NCBI GenBank assembly: GCA_026023565.1 | Contig: JAPETS010000033.1 | Location: 124,001-188,000 of the forward strand | From: Cirrosporium novae-zelandiae | Taxonomy: Eukaryota | Direction: 5' to 3' | Length of the DNA stretch: 64,000 bases | The notes under the pieces: generated by a model | What the model was told of the DNA's origin: nothing | The model's input: the letters and a program-made list of their open reading frames with translations, nothing else | Database searches by the model: none | Made by a program: the position numbers and the translations under genes | Part shown: piece after piece, positions 13,617-26,853 of the stretch | How the letters are laid out: each line of letters starts with the position of its first letter | Position numbering within the stretch: position 1 is the first letter of the stretch

Positions 13617-15261
13617 TTACAATGCATCATCCCCCCCCCGCTTCCTCTTCTTCAGCCTACACATCAAATCCGGTTTCTCCCACAGAATATACGTCTTGTG
13701 CTTTTCCCAGTTTAAACTTTCCTCACAAAGCTCCAGATCAAAATTCCACAGCAGCCGTGCAAGGATGACGCGCATTTCATTGAATGCCAGGTTGCGCCCG
13801 ATGCAATTTCGGGGCCCCACGCTGAAAGGCTGGACCACGGCGCGGTTGTCGTTGTAGAATGGGGAGGAGGGGTCGGTGGATGCGGGTGGGAGCCAGCGCT
13901 CTGGAAGGAATGATCGTGGTTTGTGGAAATTTAGGGAGGACCAGTATGCTGCTGAGTGGTGGACTGATAGGAGTGTCTTGAGGAGAAAAAGTTAGGATGT
14001 GGATTTGAGGTGGCTGGAATTGTGGGGGGATGCTTTTTTTTTTTTTTCACGGATCACTTACTCCTGGTGGAATTTCCAACCCGTCTACCCGTACGGAGAC
14101 TCCTGGCGGACACCGCCGTGGGATATTCGTAGGTACCGGTGGATATATACGGAGTGCTTCGTTCAAGCAGGCAAGCATATATGGCAACTTGGCCGTTGCG
14201 CTGCGGAAATCAATCTCGTCTTCGCTTTTGAATGCCGAACAGACTTCGTCGGTAACCTTTGCGAGCGCCTCTGGGGTTTTCAACAGCCAGAACGTGACCC
14301 CGGAGAGTAGGGTAGCTGTTGTTTCGGATCCGGCGATGATGAGCACGTTTGCATTTGAAACGAGCTCGCTGTCGCTCAAGCCGTCCTTGTCGTTCCGGTG
14401 CTTGAGCATCGAGTCCATAAAATCGCCACGCCCGTGTAGCTCCGTCCTATTCACTCTCCCCATTGCCGTCTTACGAGCAAACTCTTGCTGCTGGATCCGT
14501 CCCTCCTTCAAGTTCTTGGGCATAAATGCCTCGACAATCTTTGCCAGTAGTTGATACTGTTGCATAAATTGAAGAAAAGGAATGAATTTGAGGGCGCTGA
14601 ACGTGTTCTTGAACCAGCTGTGATAGTCTGACATCTTCAAGCCGCCAAATGGCTCACCGAAAGCCAAATCTCCAATGATATCAAACGTCGTTAGGTTGTA
14701 CCATTTGACCATATCTGTCGGAGCGCCCGACGTAGCAAAGTCGTCTAGTTTTGCCATTAGGAGGTCGATGTGGACTTTGATGAGAGGCTCCTGCTCTCGG
14801 AGCCCCCTGTCGGAAAACGCATGCGACAGCGCCTTTCGAAATCGGGAATGGTCTGGGCCATCTGCGTTCAGGATATCGGGCGTTTGCTCGGGGTCGAGGA
14901 CAAGAGCTTTGGGGAGGTCATGATGCCCGTGGCCGTAGATATCCTTCCAGGCGGTCGATGTGATGAAGGACACCTCGGCTGGTGCATATCGAACCGCTTT
15001 GCCGTACCTGTTATGAAACTCTCGCATTCTTATGTCGTAGTTTCCTGTACATGCCGATATGTTGCGTAACAGGGGGAAAGCAATCCACGCTTTCGGTCCG
15101 GGAATCCCCCTAAGGGGGTGAAAGTAGACATTGTAAATCGCACTCGGAATATAATACAAAAGTAAAGCGGACAAGACTGCAGCAAGAATAAAAGGTATGT
15201 TTAAAGATATTGGGACGAGGCGGATTTGTATAGTATTCTGGGTTTGAAGTGGTACCGCCAT
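13617..15261 (-). CDS. Cytochrome P450 (CYP65/Tri11-like), 2 exons
   Basis: I-helix AGSETT, K-helix EALR, PERW and heme motif FSVGPRNCIG; N-terminal membrane anchor; intron about 13978-14059. Confidence 0.93.
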
Positions 15262-15535
15262 GGGGTTGTCAAATATGTCAATGAAATCTGTTTGGACATG
15301 ATGAACAAAACATTATGGAGACCCCCCCCAATATATAACAACATGAATTGTGTATTTTTGCAAGCTGATCCACTTTCTTTGAGAAGAAGAATGATTGTTT
15401 CATTTCGTACAACCTAGCAAAACGTGGGGCTTCAAGACGAAATGCTTGTGTAAAAAAGGTTAATGGGAATCGGAGGTTGTGGACGCTCCGTGCTAGGGGT
15501 ATTTTCATCAAGGGAGGGCTAAGCTGGCCTTGAAC

Positions 15536-15547
15536 CGGAGCAAAAGG
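15536..15547 (+). promoter_or_regulatory. Candidate Zn2Cys6 site CGGAGCAAAAGG upstream of the P450
   Basis: Resembles motifs at 21675 and 26312; followed by an inverted repeat at 15550-15584. Confidence 0.4.
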
Positions 15548-16432
15548 GATTCCTCTGCCTCCGCGTTGATCGGCGGCAGAGGAACTATCTACCTAGGAGA
15601 ATCCATAGAAATTAGGAACCTTGAAATATAGCCCCACCGGAGCCATCTTGTACCCGAGCGAACCTATGGACTATGTTAGTTCGCATCCCCCTGAGTACTA
15701 ATCTTGGTACTTGAGCTATGTTGAAGACGTTGAATTTGGGGGATCTTGGTGGCCTGAAGGTTCTCTATCTAAAGGCGTGGCGCACGGGCTACATAGGGTT
15801 GGAACCCTAGCTTTATGGTCCTAATGACCGTCCTCGTCAATAGATAGTATGTTGATATATATTCTGGGTGTCTGGATTATAACATTTTATGCTAATGAAC
15901 TTGTTATAGAATATAAAATCTGTGTTTATTTACCACATAGTGAGGGTTTTAGAATTTAAGATTAGTCCCATCTACTCCAGCTTGCATCTCTATGCAATCT
16001 CATGCTATTTACCAGCCCTAGCCTGGCCATCAAGGTGAATCTTTGGATTAAAAGTTGTGAGACAAATCTATGGAAATGATTCAGAGGGGTAAACATTAGT
16101 GAACAGGTACATAGGAATACTAGCACACTGATGAGCCGAATTCGAGTTGTAGAGTTTTCTCTTCTCGTTGCGCGTGTGACTAACACCCTCCTCAACAGAA
16201 TATTGAGCGCATTTAAGAATAAATACACAAGAAACGCTCAGATGTCTAAATTAGAAAATAATTAAAGCAGACAAGATAGGAAACGTCGATAGGAAACGTC
16301 GATAGGCATGAATGAACGAAACCACTAAAAGACCTCCAAAATACTATGTACCCCATGAGAACCAGCATTATTAGATTCGTCGGGGTTCAACAACTTTCTC
16401 TACCATGTTTCCCGAATGCCTCTGATAAATTT

Positions 16433-19400
16433 TCAAGGACTCTTGGCAGGACGGCCAAAGCTGAACTGTTTGACACGAAATATATAGTAAATAAAGCAAG
16501 TGGCAACGATGTTGAAGATGATGTAGGCCCAGAGAAGCCCAAAGTTGCGCCAGGCCTCAGACGCGTAAATCCTTGAAGCGGCGAGGAATTGTGCACCAGT
16601 GCTCAAGCTGCAGTATTCGCAGCTAGAGCTTGCGGAAGGATTGTATAAGTTTCCAGTTGCACCCATCTGGAAATATTTCTCAAGGTATTCTCCGCAGGTC
16701 TGTCCAGATGGAGGATCGAAAATAGCAAGCTCGTTTTTGGCGCATCGTACGATTCGATCGGATAGGGAAGTTCCTGCCCAGCCACCGATAAGGTAAGTCA
16801 GAGGCGAGACTCGATACATGAATATCCAGAATCCTGAATGTGAGTAACGTTAGCCCAATGTTTCAGAATTTCCTCCTAATCTCGAATTTCTGCGACCGGA
16901 GAAAGTAGCTACTGTGTATGTGAGAAAAGGTAATCTACTTACTTGGTAATGCATCAGGTGTCTGTAAGACACCGTTGAAGGTTAGCGTAAGACTAAAAAA
17001 CAAGGTTGCAATATTTCCAGCCGTTTCTGCATCTGGAAGTGCTGCAATAACCATCTGGGCAAATGTCGCTGCAAATACCATGAATTCAATGACAAAAAGC
17101 AGCATGAGACCGCTCTCTTCAGAGGAATTATTATCCCCGAACACGGTATAATACCAGCCGGCCCACGCTAGAATGGCTAGGAAGGTTTGATACGGGATTT
17201 CTACGACGATGTTTGCGAATATAAATGCTACCCATGAGTATGCTTTTGATGGCCTCTCGCGTACCTCATAGAGGGATCGCTGTATGACGAAGTGTGGCAT
17301 GATCTAATACAGTTTTAGTAGAACGATCTCGACTGCATCAGGGACATTCACAGAATCGCGCAAAGATTAAGAAATGGTACAATAAGACTTGACGTTCGAA
17401 CGTACCTGCTGAGCCAGAGCGGAGAAAATAGCTGTAAGCATGAAAATGGCGAATAATGCATTTTGAAGACCAGCTTTTGTAGATCCCTGTTTATAGAAAG
17501 TGAACCCGATGAACAGTGATGTCGCAATTACTAGATTGAATTTTCCATGGATATATTTTGGAGTCCTCCAATATTGACTGAACACGCGTTGGGTGACATA
17601 GTAGACTTGCCAGGCCAAAGGCATAGCAAATTCTCCTGATAAGGCTTGTTCAGCAACAGGCTCTTCTTTCTTTTCCGTATGAATGCGATTCAACTCATTC
17701 TTAACTTCCACGAATTCTGGACTGCCATTCCATGTCACAGCCCAATCGTGCTTTTCATTCTGACCAACAACCTCAAGAATATATTCCCTGCCTCAATTAG
17801 TATGCATCAACCAAACACTGTGGACCCCACTTACGCAGGATTTTCTTCGTCTCCACAGCGTGGCGCTCCATTCCGTTCAAAGTAATTGAGAACCGTACGA
17901 GACTGCTCGCCAATATCGCCAAAGTAGACCGTTTTGCCGCCTTTTGCTAGAAACAATAACCGATCGAACTGTTGGAATAAAAGGGCGGAAGGCTGATGTA
18001 TGGTGCACAGAATCGCCTGCCCGTTATCTGCCAACCTACGAAGCATCGAAACAATAGACCATGAGCTCTGCGAATCGAGGCCGGATGTGGGTTCGTCAAG
18101 GACTAGTACCTAAGTTAGACCTCTAATGCCACAAAATATTCACGAAGGCGACTTACAAAGTAATAACGCAGGCTTGGCAACCATTTCAACCCCTATACTT
18201 AGAAGCTTTCTCTGTTCCACATTCAAACCTTCACCAGGTACTCCAACTACAGCTTCAGCAAATCCCTCCATTCTGAGGAGTTTGATCATCTGCTCGACAT
18301 ACTCGAACTTCTCCTTCTTGGAGGTCGATTTCGGCTGGCGGAGTAGGGCCGAGAATCGCAAGGCCTCGCGCACAGTAGTTGTTTCGAGGTGTAGGTCCTG
18401 TTGCTGAACGTAACCAATTTTACGCTGAAAAGATGCATCGAGCGACTTTCCATTCACAAGCATATCACCTCTGATCACCCCAATAGAAATTCTCCGCGAA
18501 AGAGCATCGAGTAATGTCGTCTTTCCTGCGCCACTGGTACCCATCAATGCTGTAAGGGAGCCTGGCTTAATCCATCCGGAGACACCGTCAAGCAATCGTC
18601 GAGTCTCGTTCTTGAGCTTAATATCCAATGTGATATTTCTCCAAGTGAAGATGTCCTTTTGAGTAGCAATGACAACTCCTTCGAGGTCTTCATCTTTGTC
18701 GTCATGAACACTTGCCAGCACGACATCCTTTGCATTGGAAGCAGAAGCACTCTCTGCGTCGCTTCGGGTCCCGTCTTGCATATATTTTGGCAATTTTCCT
18801 CTTCGGAAAACAAGCACTTCTGCGGTAGCGTCTGTGCCAGAATTCATTTCAGTAGCCGTCAGATAGAGAGCCATGAAGAAGCCCAAGAACACGAAGAGAA
18901 ACCCGAGATTTCGCCAGATGTGTGAATATGAGTACCCATAGGCTGCAAGAACCCATGCATCTCCCGAAACGGTTAACTTACCAGGGACGGCACCAGGGAC
19001 AGCACACCCGAAATTGTTTCCTGTGCCGTAAGGGGGTATGAGTTCTGAGGTCGCGCATGGAATTCTTCGTCCATGTACCTCGTTAACCAAGAGTGCTTCA
19101 TATGCGTAGGCTACAGGGTTGATCCAACTTGACCACTTGAACCAAGGTTTCATATATGATCTCTGAATAGCGAATCCGGTATAGACGGCAATCCACAGAA
19201 CTAAAACGCCAGCAATAGCAAATGCTTGTGAGACGGACTTCGTCGCAGCTGCTGTAGTTCGGAAAATCATGCTCATTGTCAACATGGCCACAAAGCAGAA
19301 GAGGAAAAAGACAAAAAATCGCGCTGCCTCAGCTTTTAGTCCTGCAAAGAAATACAAGATGATAAGGAAGCACCCAGTTGCTAGGAGTTTGATAGGTATA

Positions 19401-21157
19401 TCTGCCATGATTCCACCAGCGGCTTCGGTCCATGGATGATAAAATGCGTAGCTGCGATGTTTTGAGACAATGGGTCTCTGTTCGTAAAGACCATTAATTT
19501 CGATGATGGACTGCAATGCACTAAGTAGTATAGCAAAGAATAAAGCGGAACCTCTAGAATAGAAGCTGGCCGTGGTGTCCGCTGTGCCGTAGAAAATGGA
19601 GCCAACGATTAAGGCTTGGGCAACCTGTCCCCCGATGGTAGAAATAGTTGAAGCTTTGTCATTCCAGATTCTCTGATACGCGCGTCTAAAGCACAATTTA
19701 ATCTGCATGGGTATGCTGATAATATAGGGCGATTGATTTCGTGTAAGCTTTGCCTGCATCTCGCGATGAGTTTGCCGGAACGAGTGCAGGTTTTGATGCC
19801 CTTCACCGAATTTCTCATCCGTGTCCATAATCTCTTGCATGCACATCTTGTATTCCTCGGACTGTTGCCAATATCTCTCAAATTCATCGGGCATTCGAGG
19901 CACAAGGATTTCGAAGCCCTCACGGGTAATACGTTCTAGAGGATTCGTGACGGCGGTGAGGAAGTCTGCCGTTGTCTGTCTGGGAGTAGACTGGTAGCCC
20001 ATACGCTCAAAGTATTCTCGAGCCTTTTCTGCGGGACCGAAATAGATCTGGCGACCTTCGTAGAGGAGAAGAGCCTTGTCGAATAGGTCGTAGATGCTTT
20101 GTGAAGCCTGGTAAATTGCCACTGCCTGTGTAATGCCGGAGACGTCGGAGCAAGTGCGTAAATATTTGACAAACTCAAGTGCTGTGGCAGAGTCCAGGCC
20201 ACGGCTAGAATTGTCCCACGCAGCTATCGATGGGCCGGCCAATGCCATCTCCGCAATACTCACGCGCTTCCTTTCACCACCGCTAACTCCTCGAACGTAG
20301 TCATTCCCGACTTTTGTGTTCCTCGTATGGGTCAATCCGAAAACCTTCATGATCACGGCTGTTGTGTGCTCAGCGAACTGTTTTCTGGAAGCATTAAGAA
20401 GTCGATTCGAAGGGGTACGACAAGCAGCAGCGAATTCCAAAGTCTGGCCAACTGTGAGATGTGGAAAATGTTTCTCGGTCTCTTGATTATAAACCACTTC
20501 TCCTTTGAACTCCTTGAGGAAGGGTTCCCGAGGAACACCATCGTAGGTAATCTTTGCCGAATCATCCAACCTGAGGCCCCCAAGCTCCCCACAGATGCTC
20601 TTCAGGAACGTAGAGCAGCCAGCCCCGGGCCTTCCAAGGACAATAAGCATTTCACCGCTTTGAATGCTGCCATTCAGAGCCCTAAGAATATGTTTTTTGT
20701 GTTGATGTTCGACTAATTTTCGGGGCCGGAAGAGTGCTGCGAAATTTGGCATGACTGTCGTTTGGGTCTTTAGGGAGGCACCGGTGCCAAAAACATTTAA
20801 ATCCTTGAAGCAGAAGCCTGATTTTCGAGGACAATGGCCTTCTCGCTCCAGCAGTTTCATAAATTGCCGTATCCATAGGAGGAAATTAAATGATGGGTTT
20901 GAGGGATCGATGAGAGGGTCATTGGGCTTTACACTTGTAAGGGTTTGTTGCAGCATAAGTGAATTCTGACGTGTGGGCTGGGGTACTACCATATCTGATA
21001 TAGCGGTGGCAACGCGAGTCAGTTCAGCTTCGTCGATTGACTGATGAACCTCATCACCGTCCGAGGCTTGCGTCAGCTCGGAATGAATCCACATGGCCTG
21101 TGAACTTTCTGTAGAACCTGGACACTCTGGCTGGTCATCTCTGTGCTGATCATACAT
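16433..21157 (-). CDS. Full-length PDR/ABCG multidrug ABC transporter
   Basis: NBD1 [22 protein letters not shown] and [12 protein letters not shown]2 [15 protein letters not shown] and TIHQPS; two TMDs; introns in the 3' part. Confidence 0.96.
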
Positions 21158-21674
21158 CTTGTCTCTAAGGGCTAAGAGCTTCGGAAGGAAAAGGACCTCG
21201 GAGCGTACACTATAGTTTGTTATTAGGGGTTCGAGTCAACGAGTAGAGGTGTATATTTTCGGGTATTATATAGAGTCAACACGAGGAGAGAAGGAATTAA
21301 CTCAAGCATCCATTCAAGTTTGGAGCTCGACTCCAAGAGCATGGGGGTCTGACTACTTAAATATTGGTGAACGAGCACGCAGTTGGAACTCTTTATTATT
21401 CAAGATTGGAATAAAAGAAAAACTAGTAAAGGTAAATGAAGGATGGGCTAGTTAATACTTACTAAAAAGTTGATACTGTAAGCTATACGACCTATGGCCT
21501 CCATCGCCTGTTTCATTTGGTTGGCCATGGTCAGCAAGTAGGGTTCGATATCAGGCAAACCAGCTCGCCGGGACTCATCGTCAAGACACCTACAGAAGAT
21601 TGCATGAATCTACGTAGACTGTGGTGGCTGCTGGGTATTGGGTAGAGCTCGCTACTGCTTGGAGGGCGGAGGGG

Positions 21675-21693
21675 CGGAAACAAAAGTCCTCCG
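21675..21693 (+). promoter_or_regulatory. Candidate Zn2Cys6 site CGGAAACAAAAGTCCTCCG upstream of the ABC transporter
   Basis: CGG triplets; shares CAAAAGTCC with the motif at 26312. Confidence 0.4.
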
Positions 21694-23237
21694 GTTGGTC
21701 TGTGCGCGAGCGTCATTTAGAATTCCTCCACTTGTATTGCGGTGGTGTCAACTCGTGTAAACTACAGCCCCACCACGAACGCAAAGCTTGTTCCTTAATA
21801 GTCATATCCCAACAGATTGTATCGATGAGACAAAAGAGTAATGAACCTGCCTCCTGTTGTCCAGATGTCCAGATTTAAAACGGAGCGACGGATAATAATG
21901 GCCACCGTTGCTAGTATCTTCCTAGGCTACATGCAATGCATGACCCCTGTAGCCAACTACCCATGGTTATTGTTATGACTTCGTTGTAGCAATTACCTTT
22001 ACTCACCAGTCGTAATTATGTTAATGCTACCTATCCCAACCACAGTCAATGCCTCGTAAATATCTGGTGTCCCACAAGGACAGCTTCATCGATCTCCGCA
22101 TCTATATTCTCTGACAATATGATTTAGAGGTTGCAATTCGCCATATGACACCCAGTTATAATCCTCAGACGGTGCCTTCCATATAATATCGTCATATGAG
22201 CACCATATTATCCCATTGGGGACTATAGTACCTTCCACTATAGAGTAGGGTAGCGATCTTGCACCATGGAAGGGGGCAAGGGACGGAGACACAAAAATCC
22301 CGATAAAGGAATTTTAGAATAAGGCCGCCAGTACATGAACCATAGCTATGGTGATATAAGACCGATTGAAGTAGAATGTGTTCGGAGAGTTTGGGGTGTT
22401 GTGCCAGACGATGGTCAACGTTCAAATTACTCGCCGAGCCCATCACTATCGTGTTACCGATAGGACAGTCAAGCTGGATGGGCATGTTATTCGCCCTTTC
22501 TTCCTAGGTATGACCGAGTTGAAACATTAAAGGATAGCGCTCTCTTCGTATTGCAACCATCCCCTTTTATTTGATTTCTTTTCAAACCTTCATATCCCCT
22601 ATAGTAGCCATGACACCCTTAACGGTGCTTCTCTGTTATTAGCCGTCGGTAACTTCCATTCAAGGAATAGGCTGGGTGTATCAGACTAAGACTAGCCATG
22701 TTTAAACCTTTATCATGTAACGAGTATGCCAAGGGGCGAAGTAGGTAGTGAGTTTTGGTCCAAGCAAATATAGACAGCACATCGTATTGAACGGTTCAGA
22801 AATCAAGTTGACTAAATGTGTCCTAATGCATATGGAATCTCGTTTCTTGTTGCGGTATCGTTCTTCACGTATATAATCGAAGTTCAACTGAAATTGAAAC
22901 CCTCTTATGCCCTCTCGATATAAAACTGGTGTCAAATGGCTAATAATCTTCTATAGCTGACCCCTCAAGACCTTGACCTAAGACATGATTCACGTCCCTC
23001 CGCTGAACAGAACCAAAATCCGCTTAGGAAGTTGCAATCCTATTAAGACCCATTATTGAGCCAGGCCTAAGTGATTGTTCGGGCACTCTCGTTATTCTGA
23101 GAACACACCCAAGCGCTTTAAACTTGACTGATATCGAATGCACAATCCATCCAAGGCATACTTATGGAGACCTCCAAATCTTATTCATTGCAAGTTGCAT
23201 CCTTTTTAACGGCCCTGTGCCCTTCTACCAATGCCTT

Positions 23238-26014
23238 CTATGTTTGTCCAGAGCCCTGATCCCAACGCCCCTGGAAATTGATATCAGGTTCAATGTTCCA
23301 ATAATCTATTAGATCATATTGAAAATTGTTGGAGTTAAACGGCATGTAAGGGTAACTCGGTATCGCTAGGTTGCCGAGGATGTTGTTGGGCTGGTTTGGT
23401 GGGAAATCGAATGTAATATCTGGACTAAACGTATCATAGGATGATGCGGTCTGACCTTGGGGAATTAAAGGCTCAGGGTAGTTATCGTTGTAAGAATCGG
23501 GTTCGATGAGTGGATTTGAAGCGGCTGAGAAAGTCTGCCTAGGCTCTGCACTGGCCATGTCTAATATATTGGGCGAAAGAGCTGAACTCATACTGGAGTT
23601 TATATCAGGGCTCACTGGCTGATGTATTGACATAAGAGTGCTAGAATTTTCATAATCTCGTTTTGAAGCCTTATTCTGGGATGAGACTTTGCTAAGAAAT
23701 CGCACGATGATGCTCCTGAGCTTTTCAAACACTTTCCTAGCCAGTGCTTTGATACTGTCGTTGGCCTCGTTAGGCAGTGGTAAGAATAATCTTGCGATTG
23801 CATCCATCAGCTCGTTATCGGATTCAACATGCGAGTCTTGCGGATTCTGAATTATGTGGGCGAAAAGGGTAATGAATGCACTGAATGGGCAGTACAACCC
23901 TAAGCTAATGGAGAGAAGTTAGTCAACCGTAATTCGTATTTATACAGACCTACTAAAAGAATCAAGCGATCTATGAAATAAAGACAAGCTAAGGGACTAA
24001 ACTAGAGAAAAATTCTGGAGACTTACTGTACTAAAACGGATCGAGAAGGCCCGTCTGGTTGATCAAAGTAGCTTAGAAGTTGCGCAGTGCTTCGCGCTGC
24101 ATTTATACAATGCAAATGACTAGCGTAAACACGGTGGTGGACTCGAGAATCAGACTGGACAATATTTTTTCCAGCGTTGGAGTTCATTGTCCACAATGCA
24201 CAATGCGCGGGTGCGCGATGGACGGTTGTGATGCAGTTGTAATACGCAAAATGCAATATTACAACTTGAGCAATCTGGTTAGGAGGACATGTAATTGGCT
24301 GACCAGGCCGAATCATGAGTGGTAGTTCTTCTTGCCATTCCTGAAGCTCCTTGTCAAGCAGGGCAATTGACCTCAATCGGTCACCCATCGCTCTCCTTTG
24401 TGACCGCACAGAGTAAAGCTCGGTATAAATTTTACTCTCGATACGACTTAGCATGACCTGGTGGTAAAAGATGTTGAGGTTATCTTCAGGATTTGAAGTT
24501 CGATCCCAGAGATCGCCGAGTTCTGGTAATGGAACGTCGATGTCGTCGTCATTTATAACCGCTGGGCGGCCGAGGCGTAGAGTCAAAGTCTTTTCCACGA
24601 CGTAGAGAATCCAAAACACATTACGGCGCTGTCTATTCTCCATGGGCGAGAGGTCATAGTCTTGAGGATTCGTCATCTTTCTATGAAGGCCAATTCCATA
24701 AGCAATGCGCGTCGCGGCAGCAACCACTATGTAGGCGGACTGAGCATCTAATATGCTTTCGAGAAGAAAAGCCTATTCCCTAGGTTATGACGTCTGACCA
24801 GTATACAGTGACGGCCAACTTACCATTCCAAGTAAAGCTTGCACAGCGAGCATATTATGAGAGGTGAAAAGTAACTCCGTGAAGACGCTGTAAGCATTTC
24901 TACAGTACTCCCAAAAGCTCCAAGGCTCAATTTGATCCTGCGCCACTGGCTCGGGCGTCGAGCCTTGCTCGCCAAGAGCCAAAGCCATGCTTCCAATGGC
25001 GAAAACGATGTTTAGGGAGGCATACCAGGCAGCGCCACGAGGAGGGTCAGAGGAGTACTGTTTTTCGTATAGCTGGAGGAAACTAGCCTGATCAAACAAG
25101 GGAATCGCGGTGTTTATGGATCCAAAAAAGCCTAAATATTAGAATTAGTTGAGGATTACAATGGAAAGGCGAGTGTAACTTTCGTCTTATATATCTGTCA
25201 GCAATTTCACGGGGAGGGAGAGAAGCGCGTCTGGCGAATATAGGATTGCATAGCTGAGCGAATCCCGTGGACACAACAGTTGACTGGGAGTTTGCAAGCT
25301 CAGCTATAAATCCTTGCAGTTCATCCGTTCCAGTCTTCTCTGCGATCCACTGAAGACCCTGGGGCGAGAATATGGAAAACCCAGATGAAGGGCCTAGAAA
25401 AGGAACCAAATATTAGACAGTGCCTTCGACAAGGGAGGAGATGAGATAGCCTTGGAATACCCCAAAAGTGCGAAGTTCCAGGTTCATCACCGATAATCAG
25501 GGTGGTTAGCCTGTCAGACAGCTTTTCCTGCTCAGTTGGGGATGTATCATCAGTATTTGATGATGAAGCTGGGACGTCTAGGCCAGAAGCAGCAAGCAGA
25601 GATTCCATGCGTTCGATACGATTAGCCATCTCAAGAAGTGTTTCATCCCTATGTACATTAGTAATATAATACATGCAACAATATCTCAAGGCATCAGACC
25701 TATCAAGCCTACTCCTTTTCGCTTGCAACTTCTTCTGCACTGTTGCCGTGATACATGATACACCCCGGGCCGTGCATCGCTCACAGCTACTTTGTAAATC
25801 TTGTCTCCCGCATTTTATCTATATGGTAAGCAAGGGTTCTTAGCACTTGACACCTCTTTCGATATATCGAAGAAATGTAACTAGCTCATGGTAGAGGAGG
25901 GGAAGTATTCACCTTCAAGCGCCTACATTCCTCGCACGAGCTTCGCAATGTGGCAGTTCCCGGTGACGAATGAGAAGCTGTCTTCGGCTGCTCATTCGAC
26001 TCCCTAGGCTCCAT
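23238..26014 (-). CDS. Zn(II)2Cys6 transcription factor with Fungal_trans domain (drug-resistance regulator type)
   Basis: Exon 1 MEPRES..SCEECRRLK, exon 2 IKCGRQDLQSSCERCTARGVSC; GPSSGFSIFSPQGLQWI; GLHR..RRNVFWILY..RLGRP. Confidence 0.9.
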
Positions 26015-26311
26015 GTCAAGTGGTTGCAAGTTGCAGCAAGTGTGAATAGCATAAGAATCAAATCAAGCGAGATACTTTAAGGTTTCCCTAAATGGCTTGG
26101 TGGGGGGATATGGACGCTATTAGCAAATATCCCTTGTTAAGTATGTAAAGACCGCAGCAAATAAGGAACAATCCACCTCATTTATAAGATGTTAAATCAT
26201 GGATAAAGTTTTACACAGTATGTAAGGAGATAGCTTAGATGTTTTTCCAAAGTTGTTGATATATCTAGTTGAGTGCTTGAGTGGCAGAAAGTAACTTGGA
26301 TCATCGGCTCC

Positions 26312-26327
26312 CGGAGGCAAAAGTCCG
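26312..26327 (+). promoter_or_regulatory. Candidate autoregulatory site CGG-N10-CCG (CGGAGGCAAAAGTCCG) upstream of the TF
   Basis: Inverted CGG half-sites about 300 bp upstream of the TF ATG. Confidence 0.4.
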
Positions 26328-26853
26328 AACCCCAACAACACTTGGAAACCACGAAATAAGCAGAACTCAGAAAAATGTTTTTAGGGAGGCCTTCATGATC
26401 AGTTTTCAGTAACAATTTAATTTAAAGGCCTCCCAAAGCCGAAAATGTAAAAATTAATTTTGTTTGAAGGCCTCCCCAGGAAAAAAAAAAATGAATGTGA
26501 GTCCCGCTTATTATGGGACACGCGTGGAAACTCACTAAACTCATCTCTTGAAAAGACGTAATTACCATTTCCCCTACGTATTCCATACAGGGGACATTGT
26601 CAACTTCCCTGCTTTCTGATTCCAGCCTTGATTCATGTTGACACAGTTGGCATTTCCATCAAATCAAAGCCAGGGGAAAGAAAGCTATGCCATGCTTTGC
26701 ATGTGGTTGCGATGTCATCCTGATAAGATCTGTAAACAGTCGTAACAGTATAAACTACAAAGGTATGTCCTAATGATATGAAAGGACGTCAACCCCTCAT
26801 AATTCTTCTCAATTCTAACATATTGCACGAATATCAAATTAATTCCTGCAATC

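Noticed and set aside
21900..22950. Short ORFs between the ABC transporter and the TF
   Set aside because: No coherent protein could be assembled; a relic is possible but unsupported.
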